NCBI GenBank assembly: GCA_032718475.1
Contig: JAUCBJ010007563.1
Coordinates: 1-41,775, forward strand
DNA from: Nemertoderma westbladi
Lineage: Eukaryota > Animalia > Xenacoelomorpha
Direction of reading: 5' to 3'
Length of the DNA stretch: 41,775 nucleotides
Position 1 is the stretch's first letter, and each line of letters starts with the position of its first letter. The notes beneath the pieces were generated by a model that saw only the letters and a program-made list of their open reading frames with translations, had not been told where the DNA came from and ran no database searches. Made by a program: the position numbers and the translations under genes. Positions 1 to 13,002 of the stretch are shown one piece after another.

Positions 1-615
1 GCCCTCTCTCCAGTAGGGGGTGAGACAGGCAGCCGGTCAGGAGTTAACTGACGCCTGTGAGGCCGATTGTGTCCGGTAATTCCACTGGCCTCTAGTGGCC
101 GGACCTCCGCATTGCTAATGTAATCCATAGTGGGGGGTTGGGGGGTGCTTTTTTGCCGAGTCAGCTCTCGGGGCAAATACCACACCCTGGTTTGCTATTC
201 CACAGGGTGGGTATCGCAATGGAGTCAGATATGAGGCCCATCACCCATATCTACTCTGGCGCACATGACCCACCATTGGCTGTTGCAGCTCATCTGCTGG
301 GTCATGCCCTGTACCCTTGCTGCCAGGTGCAGGTCGCAGTGAAGTGCTCTCAGAGTGGACATGAGAACACTCTACTCCTGACCAGCCATTGGTAGATCAC
401 CATCTGCCTGGTCAGGCCATATACCCCTGCAGCCAAGTATATGGGTCCTTAATCCAGGACCAAGGGCGTCCTTATCCCAGAACGAAGGGGGTCCTAGTTA
501 CAGGACCAGATTTGCCCTAGTAAGAGGGTCTATGCAGCTACAGGTGGCACCTCCTTTATGCTGCATGGAGGTGGCAAGTTTTCTTGATCAATGACCCAGA
601 ATACCCGACCTGACT
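1..615 (-). mobile_element. 5' end / structured 5' UTR of an RTE-clade LINE (family A), running off the left edge of the window
   Basis: 403-600 is the reverse complement of 2693-2895, which is joined to an RTE RT C-terminus. It begins with a GTCAGGTC motif like the RTE at 18969. Positions 1-400 form a run of short hairpins. Confidence 0.7.
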
Positions 616-1035
616 ATAAAATCACACAACCGCCTAGATTATAAAACAGATGACTTTAAATCTTTTAGTATCGCCTATCCAATATGATTACCTCAATTCT
701 GAAATTTACTGAACCGATATGATCTGTTTGTTCCTTATCAAATATTCGTCGAAATCTGGGAAACCAGGAAATCTGGAAACGCAAACCTGGGATCTACTGG
801 AACTAATTTATTGGTGGCATAACGGCGATGTTGGAACCAAATTACTTCGGACGTAATTCTCGAAAACTTCAGATAAGTGAGTAAATTGTCACAGAACAGA
901 AGGATTATATCCTACAGTCGGGGTCTCTAAGTGCATCTGGCATTACTGTTATTGTGAATACATTATTCAATAATTATATTATTTCAATGTAAGTTATAGG
1001 TAGAGCTCACAAACTATATCAGGGAACTTTTAACG

Positions 1036-1153
1036 CTCATAAACTCTACCCAGTAACCCATCTACTCATAAACTCTATCCATTAATCCATCGGATTGATA
1101 AATTCTATCCAGTAACCCATCTACTCATAAACTCTATCCATTAACCCATCGGA
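1036..1153. repeat. Tandem repeat, ~30-bp unit x4 (ctcataaactctatccagtaacccatcta-like)
   Basis: Direct repetition visible in the sequence. Confidence 0.85.
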
Positions 1154-1799
1154 GTCATTCAATAAAGAACAGATCAGTAATGAAGGTGAAGCCAGGGTCA
1201 CAGAGGGAAGCATTAGTAGACATGAGAAGGTACGGTACAGTATATATTCAATCCAAACTTGATTCTTCTGAAATACAAATAATAGTGAAGTATAAATCCC
1301 TCCAAACATTATCTAAAGGAGTAGAAGATATATTGTTTTCTGGTAAACATCAAGATATTCTGGCTAAAATTAATGAGGAAGACAGTCGCTTTTCTCTACA
1401 GATAGTCGATTTTGGTGGCCATGTATTTATTACACAACCCAACAGATGTTTTTTAGTAGACGTGCTATTTATGTAATTGTATTTAATCTAATGGAAGATC
1501 TGGAAAAAACTACTGATATTATTTTATTATTCTATAACAATATTTAATTATATACTGATATTTATATTTATTAGCTTAAATATTTCTTAAGCGTAAATAA
1601 CTAAGCTATTTTCCGCTATGCAGCATACGAATCCTTAATTGTTCTAAATACTAGCATAATAGTACAGGCTCCAGTCTATGATCCCGTAGGAATTTTATAT
1701 ATGACTCGGCTACCCACATAGATGTTTAGTGCAGACTTGGCACATTTAAAATAATTTGTGTAGACTTCACCAAATGGTTGCGCTCTTCTTTTAGGGTGT

Positions 1800-2586
1800 C
1801 TTAAACATAGCAACGGATAAAATTACCATAGCAACAGCTCTTATAGTAGATATGACGATTTAAAATTTATAGCAGATTATTTTGGATATAAAGAATTTAA
1901 TGGCATATTTCGTTTTTTGAAAATACTATAGCAACCAGGCGAAAACGACCTTCAAAGATAGCAATATTAACCATGTCCATAGCAACGGGCTTTGTAATGC
2001 GTATTCAGTGATCGTATCATGATGGAATCAGAGTCTACCACAATTATATCACGTAAGGAACAATATGCATTCTTTTTCAGTTTCTAGTTGCCATGGCAAC
2101 GAGTAACCTTGACTAAAAACAAGCTACATATTAGCCGCAGCGTTTTTAAATCAACCTCTACCCCACTATATCGAGTATAAGGAAAAATATGCAATATGTT
2201 TTACTTTCTAGATGCCATCCCAACGCGTCAAATTGTATTTTTAAAATCAAAAGGTGTCTTTAAAATCTCTTAGCCGTTTACACTATGCCAATTAATCACA
2301 ATTATAACATTCTTAACTATGGAATTAAATTGTGAGAAGAATCGCAATTCCGACAGTATTCAGTGCACATAACACCATTACGCCTACAAGAACATCGCTG
2401 CGTCAAGCAGTCTTTCTGACAGGCACATGTATGTACTAGTGAATCGGGAATTTGTGAAAAGTATTTATTGGGTAACAACATTCCATTTGCACCAGCAGCA
2501 TTCCAACCAAAATCTAATACACTTAGATTTATCACGAAGTCATTGCATAATGACGCAATCTTATTTATTATGTAGAGAGATCGCAA
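1800..2586 (-). mobile_element. Academ-like DNA transposon remnant: C-terminal Cys-rich (Cys8/CXC) finger at 2317-2586 plus a subterminal region rich in CATAGCAAC motifs
   Basis: The ORF reads GW...LLP...IP..LVHTCACQKDCLTQRCSCRRNGVMCTEYCRNC, the pattern of the Cys8 finger that ends Academ (XPG-type) proteins. Repeated (c)cat(a/g)gcaac motifs occur at 1805-2225. Confidence 0.55.
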
Positions 2587-2625
2587 AATGTGACCATTTA
2601 TGGATTCTGTTGTTGGAGGGAGATC

Positions 2626-2685
2626 CTATTACTACTACTAGGATCGGCATGCTGCATTGCAGCCAGCACTTTTAAGAATGCTGTC
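2626..2685 (-). mobile_element. 3' tail fragment of RTE family A in inverted orientation
   Basis: Reverse complement of 3437-3493, including the (TAG)n tail. Confidence 0.85.
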
Positions 2686-2689
2686 TATG

Positions 2690-3497
2690 AATTCTAGGTC
2701 ATTGATCAAGAAAACTTGCCACCTCCATGCAGCATAAAGGAGGTACCACCTGTGGCTGCATAGACCCTCTTACTAGGGCAAATCTGGTCCTGTAACTAGG
2801 ACCCCCTTCGTTCTGGGATAAGGATCTGGGTCCTGGATTAAGGACCCAAATACTTGACTGCAGGGGTATATGGCCTGGCCGGGCAGACCAGGCAGACCGG
2901 AAGGCAGATGAGGACCTTCGAATACGTAAGGGAAAGGCATGGGCAGCCTTGAAAATGCGTTCCAGGATTTGGAAGTCACCGATAATTAATTGGAAACTTA
3001 AGGTCCGATTATTTAGAGCAGCAGTAGTTCCAGTACTCCTCTACGGGAGTCCATGCTGGGCTCTAACTGTTGAGGACACCAAATCTCTGGATGGCACATT
3101 CACAAGAATGCTACGCCAGGTTCATTGTGACAAGTACAATGCACACATCTCCAACCAGACACTATATAACATTGGATGTGTCTCATTGGTTCCCCCAAGC
3201 TTGACACTAGAACAAAATCGCCTCCGCTTTGCAGGACATTGCTTTCGCCGTGAGGACAAGCCAGTGCATAATCTTGTACTTTGGCAGCCTCATGGAGTGA
3301 ATAAGCATGGTGGACAGCCCATGACTTTCTTGAGACGCATCTTAAAGGACACTGTCCTTGAAGATGCGGATGATCTAGCAAATGTCATGGGTGATAGGGA
3401 GTTGTGGCGGTGCAATTTTTTTGTTGACAAGCCGGCACAGCATTCTTAAAAATGCAGCTGCAATGTAGCATGCCGATCCTAGTAGTAGTAATAGTAG
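2690..3497 (+). mobile_element. Internally deleted RTE LINE (family A): 5' end fused to the RT C-terminal region and (TAG)n tail
   Basis: The first ~210 bp match 403-600. The coding part (~2910-3449) reads RKGKAWAA...IWKS...KVRLFRAAVVPVLLYGS..W.LT...LDG.FTRMLR...RLRFAGHCFR, typical of the RTE post-RT domain. Microsatellite tail at 3480-3497. Confidence 0.85.
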
Positions 3498-4149
3498 TGC
3501 TGGAACTCTATCTATCTTAAACTGAATCCAGAATACAGACACACAAAAACTGCATCCATGATACTGACAAACTCGGAATCTCTAACCGGACCTGCTAAAC
3601 TTTGAAACAGCGATAGAATCGTTCAGTAATAGGAGACTCTATCCAATGTTCTGTTCTACTAGGAACCGCAATCTGGTATCTGAAATGAAAATTAATTATT
3701 GGTGAGGATTTTTTGAAATATAATATTTTTTCTGACAAAATTAATTGTTGTTAATATCAAAAAATGAGTTGGTTTATTTGTTGTAAATCTAATTTTTTTT
3801 ATTTTGTATTCTTATTAAGAGATAATTACACATATAAAACATACCTAAAAAATATAAAACACCCTAAAAACAATAATTTAATAGTTAGTTACTACATTTC
3901 AGATTTATAGTCATAATAACAATAACTATTAGTATATGAAAAATTAACAACAAAGTTCGTTATTTTAATCTCTGTATCTTCCACAAAGTCATTAGTCATT
4001 ATAGTATTTTATATTATATTTGTATTATATATAGTCATTAGTCATACTACAATCCTTTATCACGCCCTGCTCTTCTCTGATGATATAAACTTCCTGTTTT
4101 ACAAATCGCCTAGCCATAATTATTTCAATGGGAGTCTCATCTCTGCAGC

Positions 4150-5225
4150 ATCCTCTTGTCCCAAACCACTTCGCCATTTGTATCTCAACGCCCTCTGTGA
4201 CCTATTGCCTGAATAATTGCGAATTGAAGATGTGCCCTTAGCCACCATTAACCATACCCATCACATAACCTCCTCTTAGCCTTTGCCCCACTTTGTAACC
4301 AATCGACCGCGCGCGTCTTTGTGTGCCTCTCTTCCAGCAACACCATCTATCGAGTACACCATGGGAGTAAAGAAAGCGATAAGTTCTTCACAGTGATTTC
4401 CATACTTATGTGATTTGAATTCTTCTGATTCGTCAAGAACTGCAGCTGTGCTGCGGCCAATGTATGATCGGGCGTCAAGGTTCAATACCTGTCGGTCTGT
4501 GGCTGCCACACTGTACGGATCCGCAAATCTGCCCGTAACCTTGGCTCCTCTCTCTCCAAATTCGCCTCCCTTACCACTGGTTCCCGCTGCACTTAACTGT
4601 GTATGCTAATGCAGCAAGGTCCCCATGAGCATCTCGGACATCATTGTGACGCCGCACTAAAACCCCACCTGTTGCAATTCAGGGCATGGTCCAAGGAGAA
4701 AAGCCCCCTACATCCATCACACCTAGATGATAAAGAATCCATAGGCAGACTATATAGCAAAGCGAGTAGATCATGAAACTTCTGGGATGAGAGATTGAAC
4801 AACTGTTGGCGCTCAATTGGCAGTACTGTTAGCCAAGCCGAGATTTTCCATCTACTACACGTTCCACTGTCCTAGCTTTCTCAGGATGTGATGTTCGGAA
4901 GTTAGCTATTATCTCGTTATACGACTGTTCATCACTTTTTCGTTTTTCATGTCATCTTTCAGCCTGTGCTTCTTTTAATGTTACCTCGTGCGCGTGAGTG
5001 GAGTAAGGATGTCGACCGAGAATTGCATCTTCCGAGAATACTTACTTGCGAGCCTATCTGTTTGTGTACGTTCATGTATGCCCTGCCCACCCACCCAGTC
5101 CTCGTTTTCGTGCTGGAAGGGTGTAGAGTTTTCAATCAAGGATCAACGTTGACACCAACAGGTGCATTGGTGACTGCTGGCAGAAAGTGGTCTGCTAGAG
5201 TGGAGCAAAATGAGAAGAACAACAA
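4150..5225 (-). pseudogene. CRE-clade (restriction-like endonuclease) non-LTR retrotransposon 3' fragment, frameshifted
   Basis: Minus-strand motifs in order: LPARKRGLG, SAWLTVLP, CDGC...LDHALNC..GG...RHNDVRD (CCHC finger), then DARSY...E..K..KY...C....FTPMVYSIDG..G.EA (RLE). Confidence 0.8.
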
Positions 5226-6495
5226 GTAGATTATAGTTACTACAATAAATTTAATATATTTAGTATTATGTGGAATTTTATAATTTATATATATAACATA
5301 TATAATATAATTTTATGTGTATATAATATATTTTTACCATTATCTACTGTACAAAAGCATATAATAATATATAATATTTATATTTCGTCGCAATGCGATC
5401 ATATCTATAATTCCTCAATAAACATATTTATTTCTATACAATAAACTATGATAGATATAGAGATAATAAATAGATATGTGTGAAAGAGTTTTATTATGAA
5501 ACATTATCACGCGTCTTATAAATATAGTTTTCTTTAATTTTTGGTAAAATTTTACATATATTTTTCTAACCTTATTTATAGATTATGCGTGGCCGCATAA
5601 AAAGAATCGCAAAATTCTAAATAGAATGGGGGAACTGTTCTATTCAATCTCGTGTAACGGATATTTCAACTTCTTCAAACTCCGGTCAGAATCTCAATAA
5701 ATACTGAAGTAGGTATGTATATCAGTGAGACCTAAAATAGAGAAAGGATTTGTTCTTGCACTAGCAACCCAGGCGCGCTTACGCACGAATGGGAGCCAAT
5801 TAACAATAGAACAGTATGTTCACAGTAAATTATAAAAAAGACAATACACTACTGTACAGTAAAGTATACTACTGTATAACTAAAAGTCATTCAGATTTCC
5901 CATCAACCTAAAGTACTGTAATAGACATTTACTTTCATTGAATCCAAGGCAAGAGTTTGTGTTGTATTCTGTGAAAGGAGCTATCAGCTGGGTAAAATGT
6001 TATTTGCCTAATGGTCAGAGAGAGATCCCACTCTGTAACTTGGCAATTATTGCTTAAATCCATTCAGCTGAATGGCACTGTAGAGATTTGATTCTGGGTT
6101 ACAACTAATTAGCAATCAATGACAAATTCTCGTCGATTTGCACACCGACGTGTAATAATTGGCTGAAGTGTGTTCGAGAGCAATGGATATTGAGCTCAAC
6201 TTAACCGACAAGGTGGGGATGGTAGAGGAGGTGGGAGGGGGGGGGGGGGGGGGGTTCCGTACACTAAAAGTCATATTTTAAGTTTATTTTTAATTGTATT
6301 GCTAGCTACATCGGTTCTTAGTATGGTGACTTAGTTATGATGTCGTGTTATGGTGATCATCTGTATTGTAGTGGGGGGAGTGGGGCAGTGCTCGTATAAT
6401 ACTACTGGTATTTACGCTACTTTCTGACGAAGGGGTTGTACATAAGATTTTATATTTTTTAATTTTTAATTTTTAATATATTATCCGGGTCATGC

Positions 6496-6985
6496 TTATA
6501 ATTTAGTAAGAAGATAATTTTTGAAATTTTTTGAGAAGCTTAATTTAGATTTATTGCATTTTATAGAACTCGGGATATTATTCCAAATAGAAGGGCCCTG
6601 AAAACTCAAAGATTGCTGGGTTGATGTTAGTCTGACTAGTGGTGGACGGTAGTTGTCCTGAGTAGATGAGCGGGTAGAATAGTTGTGGATAGAGGAGACC
6701 TTATTGAAACGAAGGGCGATAGTAGATGTTGGTTTAATAGATTTAGAATTAATTTCGTGCATAAATAGGCCTACTTGGTGCTTATATAGAGAGTCGAGAG
6801 GTAGAATGCCTAAAGATTTATATAGAGGAGCTGAAGAAGATTGATAATGGCTGAAAGTTATGTATCTAATGAGATCATTAATTTTAATACGTAGAGGTTT
6901 TAGAGTAGAATTATATGTACCTCCCCAAAGTAGAATACCATAGTGCAGATAGGGATGAATTAAAGAGAAATAGAGTAGACGGAGA
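6496..6985 (-). pseudogene. 3' end of an L2/Crack/Daphne-group LINE ORF2
   Basis: LYFSLIHPYLHYGILLWG...SAPLYKSLGIL...HNYSTR...SFQGPSIWNNIP...F...K.YLL is the typical C-terminus of this group. Confidence 0.85.
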
Positions 6986-7126
6986 CCACCAAACAAATTC
7001 TCGTAACGTTTCACCGGAGTGTTTAGGCAGAGATAGCGCATAGAGATAGAGATAGAGCTACGACAAACATACAACATTGACAACCATGTCTACATAATAA
7101 ATAACTGGGAATACAGGCCTACTTAT

Positions 7127-7393
7127 TACGGAAGCCCAGAAGGGCCATGTTGCGTACACACAAAATCTTTGAATTGATTGCATATTTTTGTGTGTGCGCG
7201 ACAGTAAAATTATCGTGTTTTATTTGTTGTCGTTTTATTTGTTGTTGTAATTATCGAAGGAATATTTCTTGTGCGCGCGAGGGTTTGTAGTCAATGGTTA
7301 GGCCTAAAATTATACACTATGGTAGGCTACAGCCTGATAGCCGAGCACTAACTGCAAGAAATCACCATTTCAAATTCCCCTCCAAATTCACAC

Positions 7394-7437
<44 letters not shown>

Positions 7438-7564
7438 TGGGGGTTCTAACAGTCGCGCGCACACCCCACGTATTCCGTCGCACGCACACGATAAATTTCA
7501 AATATGCAATCATTTCTAAGATTTTGTGTGTGCGCAACATGGCCGGCCCTTCTCGGTTTCCGTA
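7127..7564. mobile_element. MITE with ~65-bp imperfect TIRs (TACGGAAGCCC...) and an internal (CA)n tract
   Basis: 7127-7190 is complementary to 7500-7564. (CA)n at ~7397-7432. Confidence 0.75.
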
Positions 7565-8736
7565 ACTTCTACAATAGGGGTGGTGCGCAAAAAACTGTTG
7601 GGCTAGAAACAATTGAATAAGGGATAACAAGGTGCCCAGGATCGAGTGGCGGGGAGTGTTTTGTGTTTTTTATATGGTGGGACGAGTCCCGATTATACAT
7701 TTTGCACATTTTTTGTGCCTTTTTTTAATGTTTTTTTTTTAATATGTTTGCAGGGTTAAGACCCCAAGTTTCATAATAGATGGCACAGTACCGATATAAG
7801 TTTTTGCTATTAAATATCCAATTTACAGTGTTTTTTTAAGCTGAACTATCAAAACAGTCGAGTTTAAGATAATTAAATGATTTCATATGACATCATAATA
7901 TTTCCGTTTTGTTTTATTTCAGCCAAGTATCTTTATGGTTTCTAAATTTACAATGGAAGAAATTCACTTTAAATCTTTGTTATCAAGTGAGACATAAAAT
8001 ATATATCATTCTACCTTTTTGGAGTTGCAGCATCGATTTATTAAAATGTAAGTTGCAAAGGCCTCTACTCAATTACTATTTTTTATTTTCAGCCAGGATG
8101 AATGCGAAACAAATTATATATCGGCCTATTATATTTCTTTATTTACAGAATAACCTCGCCTCAAATAGAATTAGATGAACCATATCGAATGGAATAAATA
8201 AACTGGTCAGTTATTTAAACGTTCGAAAAGTTACTGGGGGCTGTTTCAGCTGTCAGATCAGAGGAACTGAATCTGAACAGATGAAAAACTAATAACGCCA
8301 CAATGAGGATTGATACCATGCAGAAAGTTATTAGTTCAGATGTTGTTACAACAAACTCTCCTTCCTATGTATTCCATAGAAGATCAAATAATATAATTGA
8401 ATATAACCAGCTCAATTCCGGAATTATTTTACATTTAGTTACCGAAAATATTTAATTATGATGTAATATTTTCATGTTTTAATGTTGAACTTGAAATCAT
8501 AAATATTTATATATTTAATGTAAAGTTGATATGTCTATAATTGCATAATTTATATTATATGAATTTGAATTACTGTTTAAGATGAATAATAACTAAGATT
8601 TAAATAGTATTTTCCATAGGAAAAGCTCGCAATGTTCATTTAATTTGGAACTTAAATAATTTATATTATAGAACAATGATATTAATTTACCTCGATATAT
8701 TTAAATATTAAGTCATTTTTCACTTGAATATCAATA

Positions 8737-9305
8737 CCATATCTGTATTGTATATCTGTCACTGTGTACCTGTGTATCTGATACGTCCCTTGGGTAGACA
8801 CAAATATGGTCTATCCACTATCCAGTGTTAATTAATCATCTGAAGGATTAATAACTCCATTGGTTATATTACAGTATTTAACCAATCGGGTTTTTGACCA
8901 ATAATATATTGATTACAGTACCAAATGAGTGTAGGCCTATTGGAGTTTGTTGCCTTTCAGAACTGCTATAATGTTGTATGTAAATCTAATCTATTCTAAT
9001 TATCTCGGTTCCATTGTGGCTGGTTGTGGTTTCCCTAAAGTTACCCGACAACCCTATGTCATTGTACGTCCGTCCGTGTTACTAAACTATCAACTCTGTT
9101 TGGACAATCGCACTCCATACTGCACTCAAAAACACCAGTTCAGCTATTATCCTTATATTGGATATATTTCGCATTAATTACAGCGATCAGTGGATTGGTT
9201 ACAGACTACTAAGGTCAGTAAACCCATCACGGGGTCTGTATTGGATACACATGTTTACAGTAGTTCTCTATATAATTACATTTATATAAATGTACACAGA
9301 TATGG
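8737..9305. repeat. Degenerate inverted-repeat element (old MITE?)
   Basis: 8737-8836 aligns loosely with the reverse complement of 9173-9305 (ccatatctgt...tgtgtatc.aatac...tccact...aattaat). Confidence 0.4.
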
Positions 9306-11436
9306 AAAGCGTACATGAATCTATCTCTATTCATCTGATGTAATTATTGCGGCAACATTATTGTGAGCTAAACCTATTCAGCCTACTTATGGATATTTAT
9401 CAATATTCTGTTCAATTGTTGTGATCTCCTGGATAGTATATTAATATCACTGCATAATAAAATTGGTAATTGAATATTTTATGTAGAATAATTTTTTTAT
9501 TCTTTCTATTATATTTTCATAACTTTCTATATGCTTATGTAATTTATAATAAAGATTAAAAAGTTTATATTGAGTAATATTTATAGCCCTAATTGTATTT
9601 ATAGACCTACAATCCTCATATAAATATTGTTATAATGTTTCTGGTGAAAATATAATGTAATAATAATATTATATATAATAGATATTCCATTCGCCCATAC
9701 TTTCTCCTCCTCCTATATTATTTTATGTAACCATGCCATATAACTCCCATTATTCTCCCATTTAAAATGTATATACCAACCCTTTGCTTCTCAACTACAT
9801 GTGCATTGGTGACAGAGTCTATGGGAGAAGAGATAAACTCTGTAGCATTCGGATAGAATAATCAATTAACATCAGAAAAAAAAATTTAAGTTACGGTTAC
9901 AAAAAACCCTCTTGTCGAGATAACCAATTCACCAGAAGTATATATAAACCGGACTGGAATCGGTAAGGAATTCCAAGTAATTTCGCACAGCAATAGAGCT
10001 TGTGCAGCTGCATTATATTGTCAGACCTAGGTTGTTTCTTATGAAGACAAACCCAAATAAATTTAATGGCCTTGAAATTTCATGGGTGAAGATCACACGA
10101 CCCCAGAATTCTATACAGTTAATTATTGGCACCATATGCCATAGACAGTAGGGGTGAATGAAAAAAGTGTTTTTTTTAATTTTAGATTTTCTCTCTTATA
10201 GAGCTTATGGCATTGTGTTGAGATAACTAAGAAAATATAGGAAAAAACTTTTTAAATTAACAGTTGACCCCTCCACAACAAATTTCAAATCTGAAACTTT
10301 TGCCGCAAACTAGAATTTTTGAGTGAAAGCTGAGAAAAGCAAATATTGGAGCATTCATGGTACTTAACAAAAATATCTGTAGTTGGAATTTAAACTTAAT
10401 GTTTAAAACCCTTCCACAAATGGCTTGAAAATATCAAAATTCGTCATTTTTTCTGAAAATTTAGCAATGACTGAAATTTCAACCATAGAGTAATGGATGT
10501 CTTGAATTATGTTTTTTCTCCCATGGATTCAGTTTTATGGTACATAGACGAGTTAAAAGAGCAATAAATTTATGTACTATCATCTACTTTAACAAAAATA
10601 TTCGCACACGACTTATTAAACACGCGAATGCAACATATCTTCCCTTTTATTGATGACCAACTTTTAGCACTCATATTAATCTGATCTTATGCTCATACTG
10701 TCAATGCATTCTTACCAGTAGTAGTGCGGACTTATAGTATTGCCATGGCCTATAACATTATAGAAATACAAATAAAAGTTGGCCTATATTAGGTGCAGAA
10801 CTAACATCTCAGATGCGTATAAAATGTAATAATAACTGCGGACTGTATACTTTTAGAGTCAATCTGTGCGGAAATTCGAATTATCGCGTTGAAACAGAAA
10901 ATCCACTCAAACTAGGCTATTATTCTGGTCATGGAGGATATTACCAATGAAAGAGATTAGCCGCATTTATTATACCAAAACATGTGTACAAAATTCGTGA
11001 ATACACTTTTGTTGATTTAATAAGGTGTAAGGCATCCCAGAAAATGTTTATTTGCTTACAAATGCATTAAAAACTAATTTTAATCAAAACATTGGTATGG
11101 CATCAATATGGTATTGTAATTTCACTAAACACAGGGGTCCAGTGTTTCCAAAGAACCACTGTTAGTTGTTCTTTGTTTGTTTATAGTATCCAAATATTTC
11201 CAATTGTCTCCACAACTCCAAAGCATGGAGGGTTTCCGAGTCCAGCAAAGTTGTTGTTGGAAGTTTTACATAAACTAAACCCCATCTACATTCTATAGCT
11301 TGTTGATGATGAGTTGAATAAAGTACAGTTACTACTGGGTGAATGAGGCCGTCTGCACCTGCACATGCTTTGGTATACAGGATTGCACTTCAACTCTTTC
11401 AGTTAAGCTTGAATCTGTTTATTCTCCCACAATGAA

Positions 11437-11755
11437 TCTAATCAGAACCAAACTTAGTTTTGCATTAGTAAACTGGGCATTGATGAACCTCTCCATGGAG
11501 GTCGAGGTGACATAAGAGTGATGAGCAGGTTCCATCTCTAGCAGAAACTGGTTTATAGTGGGAGGAGAGAGGGGGGAGAGAGACAGAGATAAGTAAATCC
11601 GCCTATCATTGTTACTAACTCTGCATTAGCTGACCAAACACCGGATTCTGTGACAAACTGAACCTGCTTGTTATTCTTATATCGCTTTGAACCTCTTCGA
11701 GAGATTCATATGGCGCAGTTTTCTAATGCAAAATTAAGTTTTGTCAGGATCAGAT
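11437..11755. mobile_element. Small MITE-like element with ~60-bp imperfect TIRs
   Basis: aaacttagttttgcattagtaaactgggca (11450) versus gcgcagttttctaatgcaaaattaagttt (11713), and the match extends inward. Confidence 0.55.
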
Positions 11756-12552
11756 GCACCTTGGGAGAAAACATAGCTACACGCATAATTTTGCTGCACA
11801 CGCTAACTGCATGTTGAAATCTTATATTTTTATCAGAGAACTATTCAACTTCTGTGCACATAATATTCGTCTCAAATCCGTGTTGTATATCACTGTTAAG
11901 ATTGTTTGTCCGTTGCCCAGCATCGGTTGCCGTAACCCTAAAGCACTTATTGGTTGCCATACTTTATGATGTTCTTGCGCCCCATTGGCTGTTTCATTTC
12001 TTACAGTGCTATAATAATCGATGTTTATCCTGCTATTTTAGGCATAACATTATAACATCTTAAGCCTGTTACGAGTCATGTAACTAGCAGGACCTATGAA
12101 ATTTCAACTTGCTGTGATGCATCATTATCTTATTGCATTGCATCAATAACTTACTGCAATATTATTCCCCAACTTGTAACTATAATCTATTGATAATATG
12201 ATGCTTGCAGTACGATTAAACTGTGAGGCTTACCACTCACTAGGTCCAACATAGCGTCCTACCTGTAATATATATCAAGTCACTCATACATTTACCCGCC
12301 GACCCGCCGCAAATTAAATTAAAGTAAGATATAAGACTAAGACTAAGTGAGTGAGTGATGAGTGATAACCGAAGGACAAACGGCACCTTATATAGCAAAT
12401 CCTAAGCATGGAATTCACTAGAACATTCTACGAGCGCACATTGGATCAATAAATTTTCAAGTGCCCTATGATTGGCCCAACTCATCTTTCCACGTGTTGT
12501 ATGCACCCCATTGGCTTATCTAACCGAAATGAAATAACGCAAAATACAAATT

Positions 12553-12626
12553 TTACCGACCCATATTCGAACTCTCGACCTACTTAGAATGTAACCTGCG
12601 CCTTAACCTACTTGACCACTGCGCCA
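12553..12626 (-). ncRNA. tRNA-derived Pol III-type unit (not a functional tRNA), copy 1
   Basis: A-box-like TGGTCAAGTAGG, B-box-like GAGTTCGAAT and a downstream TTTT. The acceptor and anticodon stems do not pair. Confidence 0.6.
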
Positions 12627-12971
12627 ATAGAAACCCATGCCCAATTATAACTAATGTAGGTGATATGCAAATTACAACAAACTACAAATCAAGGCAAATA
12701 CGTCGGAATTTTGAAAGTTTTTACGTAGTACAAATTGCAAATATCTACCTAATAGTGAAATAATCCCATACCGCTCCATGAAAACAGTAAGAAAGGCTGT
12801 TTTCACCAATCGAAATATAAAACTAATAACTAAAAATATATCTAAATCTAGTGTGGGGCCTAAAATATAAAATAATCACTGCTTGAATCTTATTGTATAC
12901 GAGATATTGCGGATACTGCGTAAATATAGACCTTCGTACATACATACATACAAATGTGGATTTACTATCTA

Positions 12972-13002
<31 letters not shown>

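Noticed and set aside
1180-1476. 98-aa ORF as a real gene
   Set aside because: No recognisable motif or supporting gene structure.
2716-2790. Canonical HDV-like ribozyme
   Set aside because: The L3 loop is too short and P2 cannot form in the family B homolog; reported instead as an unclassified pseudoknot.
403-2895. DNA transposon with ~200-bp TIRs
   Set aside because: The inverted copies are 5' ends of two oppositely oriented RTE insertions, each continuing outward into RTE sequence.
5045-5058. Ninth copy of the 20-nt hairpin (ttgcgagcctatc)
   Set aside because: Half match only, opposite orientation, inside an unrelated CRE fragment; likely chance.
5590-5760. LINE endonuclease fragment (NPFSILGLT on the minus strand)
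   Set aside because: Too short and degraded to support a call.
6420-6445. Hammerhead core CTGACGA (also CTGATGA near 4077)
   Set aside because: No stem II-GAAA arrangement or flanking helices.
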